32,125 nucleotides of DNA, from positions 1 through 32,125 of the forward strand of contig BDIP01000089.1 in NCBI GenBank assembly GCA_003568945.1. Reading direction: 5' to 3'. Positions within the stretch are counted from its first letter, which is position 1. Each line of letters opens with the position of its first letter. Positions 22,614 through 32,125 of the stretch are shown here, piece by piece. Origin of the DNA: Kipferlia bialata. Taxonomy: Eukaryota. The notes beneath the pieces are model-generated. The model was given only the letters and a program-made list of their open reading frames with translations. It was not told the origin of the DNA and made no database searches. Both the position numbers and the translations under genes were made by a program.

Positions 22614-25600
22614 ATGGAAAGGGGGACAGCCCTAGGTATGGGACATTTCCTCTTGTCACATCCTTCTCTATTGTCTGTCTCATGCCTCTATATGCTGACA
22701 CCAGACACATTTAGGAAGGAGTTGCTCCTTTCTTGCGTTGCCAAGTCCCCTTCGTCCCGAGGTTCGAGTCCAGTTGTCTCTACTCCTGCTCGTATCAGCT
22801 CTCTCTTGCATGCTGGCCGCGTAGATGATGTGCTGACCCTGCTAATGCAGTCTCGGGGGGAAGATGCAACGGTCCCAGTCGCCAATATCTTAGACACAGA
22901 GACTCTGCCTCCTCCACTGACCCTTCCCCTGCTGTTTTCACTCAGGTATTGGTATTCATTGTCCCTTCTTCAGTCCTTGTTGTTGCTAAACATGTGGACT
23001 ACTCTCACAGAGTGTGCCTCACCTCAGGCTCATTGAAGTGCAGTTGAAGGCTGTCCATGGGGACACCGCTGGGGCTGCCTGTCTAGCCCAGGGCCAGCTT
23101 GCAGAGTGCGTCCTTCGAGACACCCGACAGCCCACAGGCATAGGGGACATGCATAGACAGGGGGTGGCCAGGTATCTCATCCACCCGGGGGCAAGGGGGG
23201 ACGACCAGTATCAGGTGAAATGCTGTCGGGGTGGTATATATTGACGCTCTTCACCAGTCCTACTTTCGTCTCTCTGCCACTGACCGACAGCGTACTGTTC
23301 TGCTGCACTCCCTCCGCACCAGGATATGCGATGTCCTGGAGGAGTGTCTCAAGCTCATGGGGGTGCCCCGCTCCCCCTCACAGGGTATGGTCCCCCTCCC
23401 TGCCCTCTCTGCCGATGTCCTCTTCAAGCACTGTCTCTCCATACATGCAGAGGCAGTGGAGCTGGGGTATGCCTCCCAGATACACAAGCCGGGTCAGAGG
23501 TTCCATATCAAGGGTCTGTCAGTACCTGAGTCAGTGAGGGCCCATGCTGTCAGTCAGAGTCGGGACAGTCAGAGTCGGGACGAACCCCACAGGGGTCGGC
23601 ATACACACCCACACCCACACCCCAACAGGCATGATGCCATAGTGCCTAGGGGCAGTGGGGGGTGGGACCAGGAGGGGGGGACAGGGCATAGCCCCCCTCC
23701 CCCGACCCCAGCCACGGAGGTGTCCTCCTTCGAGCTGAGGGACCTCTTCTCTGTCCTCACCTCGAGGGTCCCCCCTACACACGACGTGGAGGTGCCCCCA
23801 CTCAATAAGTGGTTCATACCATACCCAAAGGTACTGCTTTTCTGGTCATACTCCCATATTTTCTCTATTCGGCCCTCCCCCTCTTGCCCACCCCAGTACG
23901 TGGATGCCATCCGAGCTGGTGCCAACATACCCTCTGTGCGGTGTGCCAGGAACATCCTCAAGAGCTGTGCCCCAGAGTCACCCTCTGACAGGGCCAGACC
24001 ATACCCCCTCAGCCCCAGTGTGCTGTCAGACATGGGTGCCAACACCAGATGGATGGTGCAGGCACTGCAGGTAGGGTGGTAGGTGGTGGGTGTATGTATT
24101 GGCTGTCAGTGTTCCCCACTCACTGCAGGCCGGTCTGGATACTGTAGCCCTTAGGGACGATGCCATGAGGGTGGTGTGTGGGAGCAGGGGTGAGGGGGAT
24201 ACAGGCATGGACACAGGGCACACAGAGACAGGGGCCAGGGGCATAGGGTCTCTGCCCCTGGGTGGTATGGACACCTCTGTCACTCACCATGCCCCTGATG
24301 GTGACACCTCTGATGCAGAGGCAGTGCCTGGGGGTGACGCTGCAGACGCCCTCCCTGTACCCCACTTGAGGAGGGACAGGATGGTATGTGTGCTGAGGGC
24401 GTGTGTTGCGGCCCTACACTCTGTGCAGCAGAGGGTGGATGGTATGGCAAGGGTCAGGGGGAAGGAGTCCCCGGGGGTGGCAGGCACAGACACTGCCATG
24501 AGTGCCGAGAGGGCTCAGGCCTTTGCGGATATCACCCCTGGTCTACCCGAGTCCCCATCCCCCTCCCTATCCTTCCAACGAGAGGGAGATGTTGTGTGTC
24601 GCAAGGTCCACGGACCTGTGTCTGGATCTGAGCGGCACACACCCCACACCCCGTCTCTGGACGTGGCATTGTTGGCTGTGGACACCGTCCTCTCTCTCTT
24701 CCAGTACTCGGCATCCACTCTCTCCCTGTGTCCAGGGGTCCCTGCCACTAGGGTCTTCTCAGACTTCGCCTCTCTCTCTGTCGCACTCCTCCCCCTCATC
24801 CAGCTGTCCCAGGCTCGCAGGAGTCCTATAGTAGATATGGTGCATCCATATAGCGGTGGTAGTGGTGCTATATCAGGGAGAAAGGTATCCAGCGAGAGTA
24901 GAGCAGGACCCAAGCAGAGCTCCACCGCTATGGCTCCTTCTGCTGCTGGTACCCCCACTGGCACTCTCCCCCCTGACCCCTCTCTCCCCCATCCTGCCTC
25001 CTATGGCCATGTACTCTCGGAGACGGCCGTCAGCCTCGAGTCCAACCGGCATTCCACCCTTGAGGGGTGGGCGTCACCCCTACCAGATGAGACACCCTAC
25101 ATAGCCACAGCGCTAGCCATGGTGAACGGTCCAAACGGCAGAGAAGTGCTGGGGTGTCTGTACACCCAGGCCCTAGGCCATGTCCTACTGCTAGGCCTGT
25201 ACTGCACCCTGTGCATGGCAGGCCAGACAGACAGGGCGGTGCATGTGGCACAGACAGCCATCCTGCCCGTGATACACAGGGCCAGGGGATGTCTAGACCC
25301 CTCGGTGCTGTGTGGTCTGGCAGCCCAGGCAGAGATAGACACCCTCATGACATCAGCCAGAGGGGGGTTCAGGGAGAGCGGCACGACGCCTGATCAGCAC
25401 CAGAGGGAGAGGTCTGCGTCTAGGTCTGTGTATGGGGGAGATGCTAGGAAGGGGAGGGTGCCCCCTGGGGTTAGGGGTGTCCGACTGGACGGAGACATTG
25501 TGGGGTATGTTCTGAACCAGTTGCTGTGCATTCCAGCTGCCCTCTTCAGGGTATCGGACACCCACCCTCTGCTACCAGAGGCAAGAACATGTCTCAGTGC

Positions 25601-28600
25601 AGTGTGCATATGCGCTAGTCGTCTTGCCTATCTGGCATCCCTCTCTGCTCTCTTTCAGGGTGAGGTGCCTACATCCTCTGTACGCGCTAAGAGACGTGTC
25701 ACCCCTAGACGTAGACATAGACGCAGACAGAGAGTATCCTCAGAGGGGGCAGGCGGTGTGGCCACTGGTGAGTCAGCCTCCAAGCCTCTGGTGGGTAAGA
25801 CCTCTACTACCTCAGAGAGAGAGGCCTCCCACGTGTCCTCTGCCGCGGCAGTCTCAGGCATTGTGTCGGCATATCCCACCAGTGTACCCTCTACTGGCAA
25901 GGGGGCCTCTGCTCATAGGGGTAAGCAGAGGCCAAAGGGACAGAGGACAAGGAGACACCTGGGCAAGGTGCCACACAGCATAGTGGGCTCGACAGTTGGG
26001 CCTCAAGTACTGTCTCTGTCTTCCATGTTCCAGTATCACCATCATGGGAGTGGTACAGTGGCAGGATGGGATGGACCAACTGGGTTTGAGCTTGTTGACA
26101 TGCCTGCCTTGTCACCACAGGCAGAGGCAAGTCCGAAGGCAGTTGCCAGGGGTAGCCTTGGTCACACCCTGCGTAGCAAGGGGTCTGACAGTCCGGAGGA
26201 GGATACCGGGGCCATTGACGATGTTGGTGGTGTCGATCATCAAGATGTAGAGATGGAGGGAGGAAGGGCTCGGGTGCGACGAAGAGGAGTTAGTAAGGTG
26301 TCAGGATCGGAGCCACAACCGTCACTAGCAGACATACGCGATGCAAGGATTCTGGACATCGTGAATGCTGTGTATCTTCCAACCCACGGAGGGGCTCACA
26401 CTTCCAGCCTCCCCCTCACCTTCCCTGTCCTGATGTGGGAGCTGCGAGAGGCCTATGCGTACTATAGGGCACACTGTGGCCGGGTGTGCATTCTGCATGA
26501 GGCTCTTGGTCTATCTGACATACTGGGAGCGGCCAGACCCCCAACCTCAGTGAGAGGCAGTGCAGACTCGCTCTCCTTCCACCTCTCCCTTCCAGACACC
26601 GTCCCAACCACCCATGCAGTTGAACAGACCACTCTGTCTCAGGATGCCATTGATGTATTGCTGTGCGCCTGTGAGGGTAGCCGTATTGCGGCCTTTGTGA
26701 TAGAGGACCTGGCTGCATGTAGTGACTACCTCTCCGAAGAGGAGGTGAGGGGCAGGGGGAGGGGGTCCCTTGTGCTGGCAGAACAGATCAGGGGCCTTGT
26801 GACGGGGCAGACTGACAGGCGGGTGGGGCTGGTAGACAGACTGCTGTGTGGGGCACCCAACCCCTCTCTTTCTCAGGTGGTGCAGAGACAGCCCGCTATC
26901 CCTGGAGAACCCGCCTCCCCTCCTGCTCTGCGACGGGTGAGACAGGCCCTAAGGGACGGAGGAGAGGTGTGGGGGGCTGGTGCTGCTGCTTCGACCACCC
27001 CCCTTACATTCAGTGTCCCTAGGTTGGACTCTGCCACACAGCCTCAGGGCCCTGGGGGTGAGGAGGAAGGGGGTCCTGAGGCGTCTCTCGCCCCCCTCTC
27101 ACTTCCACTCCTTCTGCACTGGATCGCAAAGGGGGACAGCCGCAATGCAGGCGACGTCTGTATGGGCCTACTGATGGTGGCCCTCGTCTCCACCTCTCTC
27201 TCTCTCTCACGCACTCTGGCTAGTGAGAGAGACCCTTCACTGGCTAGTGTGGCCCCTGATGCCTCTCTCCTGATGCTGCAGCAGCTGGTGCCTGCTATTA
27301 GGGGAGTGCTGGTGACCGTGGCCAAGCTCTCCATCACCGCTGCCAGGCTCAAGGTCCCAGGGCACCCCCTACCAGACCGGTCCCTCTCTCCCCCCCTGGC
27401 CGTACTGGCTGCCAAGGTGGACCCCACCCACTCCCAGGTTGCATGTAGCAGAGGGTTCAGACGGGTGGTCAGGGAGGTGTGCTGTGAGGCGCTCGCAACT
27501 CTCCATCTGACCTCTAGACACACCCCTCTCTCCCACAGTGGAGTGGGAGTGACTGGGTTCTATGACGGCTGGAGCACTCTTGGGAGTGCGGGAGGGGGTA
27601 GGCGCCTACCTGACAGTCTTGGGGGAGGGACACGGGTGGGGAGGGGCGGCAGGCTGACAGAGCTGATGAGGGGACAGGAGAGAGAGGCACGGCCTCCAGA
27701 TAGTGAGACAGTTGACACTGGGAACCAGATGCCGTCTGCCTCTCCCCCGCCATCGGAGTCTGGCACTCCCTCCCCTAGATTCTCAGATGGGTACTCTCCC
27801 TTTGTGCGGAGTGGTGCCCCTTCGCCTCCCTCTAGGCCCTTCACCCGTGCCCTGCGCAGTACCCGACTTGGCATGCATCCCCTGCAGAGAGGGACAGGGT
27901 TCTCAGAGGTGGACACCACCATGTCGATAGCCGGTTCCGACCTCACCCCCCGGCTGTTTCTGACCCCTGTCGATGCCCCCCAGGCAGGAGAGGGGGGACA
28001 GCAGAGAGAGAGAGAGAGATCCCCTGGGATACCCGTGTTTGGGTCAGGGAATGCATCCCCAGAGGCAAGGGAGGGGGGGAGAGGAGTGGGTGATGTTCGC
28101 AGGGGAGACGTCATTCCTCGTCCTGGTGCCAATCTGTCGACCCCTGACTCCCCCGCTGTGTTACTGCCACAGTACTCTGCAGCATCAGACACATTCTCAG
28201 AGTCACAGGCTCGCAGCTACAGTTACTACTCGTACTCTCCCTCTGAGTACCCGACATCTAGGATACACAGCAGAGGTGAGGGCACCCCGTCTGTGGAGAT
28301 GTCTGATAGAGGGTCGTCAGGCAGTGCCTCAGCCACCTCTGGGGAAGGGGACTATGTGGCCCTGTTCCAGCTACTTGACACGAGTCTCAGTGAGAGTGAG
28401 AGTGAGACAGAGACTGACACAGAGACCGAGAGTGGCACGACGAGTCCAGAGGGGTCAGGTGGGGAGGAGGACTCTGGGCCGGAGGAGCTGCTGAGGGAGT
28501 TCTCTCACCCCCACCACCCCCCTCCACCCCCCACCCTCGACACCCCCTTCCCAGAGATGTCTGCCTCCCTAGCATCTACAGTGTCACTGAGCTCAGGGGA

Positions 28601-29327
28601 TATGGTGGCTGGGTCCTTGGCCCCCTGGACCCCCTCCCCTGTGCCTGAGGTGCTGATACAGATGAGGGACAGGGCTATCAGAAGGGCACAGCGCAGGCAG
28701 CAGCGGATAGAGCGGGAGCGGGAGGCTGCCGAAGAGGACGACCAACGGATAGTCACTAGGAGGAGGCGTGTGCGAAGGCCCACCCCCTATCCTTCCGCCG
28801 GTATGCAGCGTCACCCACTCAGAGAGTCCTACTCTGTGCGTGAGAACAGGCTAGATGTGGCGTTGCCCCAGGTGCTGGAAGTGGCAGATGAGATGGGGCT
28901 GTTGAGGGAGCTTGGGAGAGAGTTGCAGCGCCAGGCAGGTGATGCTCTGACCCCTGGCCAGAGAGAAGAAGTACAGGCAACGCTGGATGACATTCTCGCC
29001 CAGCGGTATGGGGGTCCCGAGAACTACGAGGATGTAGAGGAGGTGGGGAGGGAAGGGGTGGTTTGGGCCCCCAGACTTCGCAGGGAGAGGCAACGTGTGA
29101 CTGGGGCTGAGTCTCCACCTGGGCCCGTACCAATGCGGCACAGACATCGTGGTCACCGTGGGACCATCCCCGACATCGACCTTGTACCCACTGTGCACCA
29201 TCCCGAACAGTTGATAGAGGCCGTCATGACTGTGTTCAGCATAGACAGGGACCTGGCCATACAGCTACTGGACCAGTACCACACACTCGAGGGCATCCAG
29301 GCGGGGCTCTACGGCCTCAGAATGTGA
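22614..29327 (+). CDS. Very large hypothetical protein (more than 1,700 aa in the final exon alone), low-complexity S/P/R/E regions, possible C-terminal UBA-like helical bundle; start uncertain
   Basis: A 5.2-kb uninterrupted ORF (24090-29327) is preceded by several exon-like blocks with GT-AG borders. The C-terminus PEQLIEAVMTVFSIDRDLAIQLLDQY resembles UBA-like folds, but only weakly. Confidence 0.6.
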
Positions 29328-29571
29328 CTGCTCTGCAGAGTTCCTTCTATTCATTACAACTGTCGATATTGTCCAACTATAAATGTACCGTCACATCTCC
29401 GTGGTGGGCCATGGATCTTCCATGATGGAAGTGATATATGACCCACTATCAAGTGGATTGCACTCATATAGTAGCCAATGAGAACACTCGATGGCCTCTC
29501 CTGAGGGTTTCTAGATCGCATCTAGTGGATCGCACTGTGTAACAAGGAGCTCTTCACCAACAGTCAATACA

Positions 29572-31281
29572 ATGGGCAGAGAGGGATGGTGGCAGTTGTT
29601 ATCCGCTGATGCTGAGGATGATCGTGACACCCGAGTTGAGACCGACTCATTAGGTGAGGTCCGTGTCCCTGACTCCTGTCTCTGGGGAGCCCAGACACAG
29701 AGGTCTCTGCAGAACTTCCCCATCGGCCACACTCTCATACCCATAGAGTTCGTACGTGCATATGCTGTCCAGAAGCTAGCTGCTGTCAGGGCCAACCATG
29801 ACCTGGGCCTGCTCTCTACAGACATTGCCAGTGCCATTGAAGAGGCAGCTGAGGAGATCAGACAGGGGCTGCATGATAAGGAGTTCCCACTGGTTGTATA
29901 CCAGACTGGAAGTGGGACACACACCAACATGAACTTGAATGAGGTACCATGTCATCATATGCTTCAAGTATACTACGTGTAAGTCTTGTAACTTTCATCC
30001 TAACCATAGGTCATTGCTAACCGAGCCAACGAGATACTGGGTGGGTCGAGAGGAACCAAGACCCCAGTGCATCCTAACGAACATGTGAACATGGGTCAGT
30101 CCTCGAACGACTCATTTCCCACTTCCATGCACATAGCAGCCGTACTAGCCATGAGGGGGTGTCTACTTCCAGGTTTACTGTCACTACACTCTGCCGTGTG
30201 TGATAAGGCTGATGAATGTATGGACACTATCAAGGTTGGTAGGACACATCTGCAGGACGCTGTACCCCTGAGGTTTGGGGATGAGATTGGTGGATGGGCC
30301 CATCTTGTGGCCACTTCCATCACCATAGTGCAGGCAGCACACGACAGTCTGCTACCGGTGGCACAGGTACGGTGTACCACTCTCAGTGGGTATTGTCAAC
30401 TCGGATGTCTACTAGGACTAACAGATCCCATGAACACGGCAGTATTCGCACTCCCTGACCGTTAGGGTGGAACTGCTGTCGGCACCGGCCTCAACTCCCA
30501 CCCAGACTTCGCATCGACCTTCCTTACCCATCTGGTCAGTCTGACTGGAGTCCCATTCGCACTGTCCCCCAACTACTATGCGGCAACAGCCTCCCACGAT
30601 GCACTTGTACAGGCCTCAGGGACACTCAATACTGTAGCGGTATCACTCATGAAGGTACCAATTATTGACTACACACTGGTGACATGCCATTTTCAAGTGT
30701 TCAAGTGTCTCAGCGTCGTCAGTGGTATACCAGTATTCTCACGCCAGATCGCCAACGACATTAGACTGCTGGGTTCAGGTCCCAGGGCAGGCCTTGGGGA
30801 GCTGTCACTGCCTGCCAATGAGCCTGGGTCGAGCATCATGCCTGGCAAGGTGAACCCTTCTCAGGCTGAGGCCCTAACCATGGTGTGTGCCAGGGTCATG
30901 GGGAACCACACCACAGTCACAGTGGCTGGGGCATCGGGGCATCTCGAGCTCAATGCGTTCAAGCCTGTGATCATTGACGCTCTTCTATCCTCGATACGGT
31001 TACTTGGAGATGCCTCTGCCTCCTTTGCCGCGAGATGTGTGGTAGGCCTAAGTGCCAACAGGGAGAGGATATCCCGCCTCTTAGACATGTCACTCATGAC
31101 TGTGACAGCTCTGACACCCCATATAGGGTACGAGGCTGCAGCTACCATCGCACAGCTGGCACAGAAGAGAGACATATCTCTCAAGGAGGCTGCTATGGAG
31201 TCTGGGAGTGTGACAGCGGAGGAGTACGACAAGTGGATGGTGCCTCAGGATATGGTGGGACCAAGGACAAGTGATCTGTAG
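29572..31281 (+). CDS. fumC: Class II fumarate hydratase. Exons 29572-29943, 30010-30366, 30466-30654, 30748-31281; 483 aa
   Basis: Motifs [76 protein letters not shown] and the signature [11 protein letters not shown]. Three in-frame GT-AG introns. Confidence 0.95.
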
Positions 31282-31526
31282 GAGACTAAGGACAGTACAT
31301 GATTAATAATAGAGAGTACCAGTGTATCCTATTGATGACAAAGAGTCTGATAATCCGGTAACACTGACCCCGTGTACTTACACGACTCGTGTAAGTTACA
31401 CGAGGCGCACAATCAGATCTCAGAGATTAGTATATCAGACAATCTCACTTTTTGCTGAAGGGGTTCAGGAGGACAGCCTCAGTTTGTCTTGGTGGCTACC
31501 CTACTCTCCTTGGCAACCACAACCAC

Positions 31527-32073
31527 ATGGAAGTGGATCAGACCGAGACTGCCCCCCCTCGGGCTTGTCCTCCAGGGGAGTTTGATGATGACCCTGTAGA
31601 GGAGGAGATTGATGTGTATCTGAGCCAGGCCTTTGGGGACAACCTGTCTGTGTTCCAGTACCCCCTCCGGCCCACCTGGAGGAGGTACCCACTACAGGTG
31701 AGGGAGAGAGAGGCAGTGTTGGGTGGTGTTTAGTGTTAGCATTCTGATGATACAGCTCTTGTTCTGATAAGGAGACTGTAGGCATGTCATGTGTAGTTCT
31801 CTCAATGATATGGTTGTGTGATGTGTTCTGCCATACTCATGTCAGAGCATCAGCAACATCCAGATGTTCCCCCGCACCCAGGAGGTGTCTCTAGAGTGCC
31901 CAACAGGCCTCACCCCTGCCAATGAGGACCCAGAGGCCACACACAGACCCCCCTTCCTCTATCTGGAGGGCACCTCGTCTAGACTGAGGTGTGTCGTATC
32001 CAGATACTGATGTGTCATGATACTGGTTCCATCACAGTGTCTCTGTAGAGACCCAATCACCTCAATGTACCAC

Positions 32074-32075
<2 letters not shown>
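31527..32075 (+). CDS. RPC5: RNA polymerase III subunit RPC5 (POLR3E/Rpc37-like), 5' partial fragment. Exons 31527-31697, 31846-31988, continuing beyond 32049
   Basis: DDDPVEEEIDVYLSQAFGDNLSVFQYPLRP matches the N-terminal signature of RPC5/Sin-like proteins. The gene is truncated by the end of the window. Confidence 0.75.

Positions 32076-32125
<50 letters not shown>
32076..32125. repeat. Poly-C run at the end of the window (likely contig end or sequencing artefact)
   Basis: 50 consecutive C residues terminate the sequence. Confidence 0.8.

Noticed and set aside
23550..23582. Short direct repeat (agtcagagtcgggac twice) and GA/CT runs in coding regions
   Set aside because: They encode simple low-complexity peptide repeats (SQSRDSQSRD, ERER). 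There is no spacer structure or terminal repeat suggesting CRISPR or a mobile element.
32076..32125. Terminal poly-C as a telomere or functional element
   Set aside because: It is a homopolymer interrupting an RPC5 gene at the sequence end and is most likely an assembly or sequencing artefact.

Overview
Gene-dense, intron-rich eukaryotic DNA. It most likely comes from a flagellated protist, possibly a free-living metamonad such as Kipferlia; this is inferred from intron style and gene content and is not proven. Ten protein genes are supported: a PP5/PP7(PPEF)-type phosphatase, a Sec12/PREB-like WD40 membrane protein, an outer-arm dynein beta-type heavy chain, a SET1-like methyltransferase, a PP2A/PP4/PP6-family catalytic subunit, a coiled-coil hypothetical, a PH + GRASP-type PDZ protein, a very large low-complexity hypothetical, a class II fumarase and a partial RNA polymerase III RPC5. 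The dynein locus stands out for two reasons. (1) A 404-aa intein (C...HN, degenerate LAGLIDADG endonuclease) is inserted exactly in the AAA1 Walker A motif (GPAGTGK|intein|TETTKDL). (2) The gene stops right after AAA1, with no room for AAA2-6 or the stalk, so it appears to be a split dynein heavy chain. Most introns also have a branch-point-like YTNAC fused to the 3' splice site. All exon coordinates were derived by eye from GT-AG sites and frame continuity.
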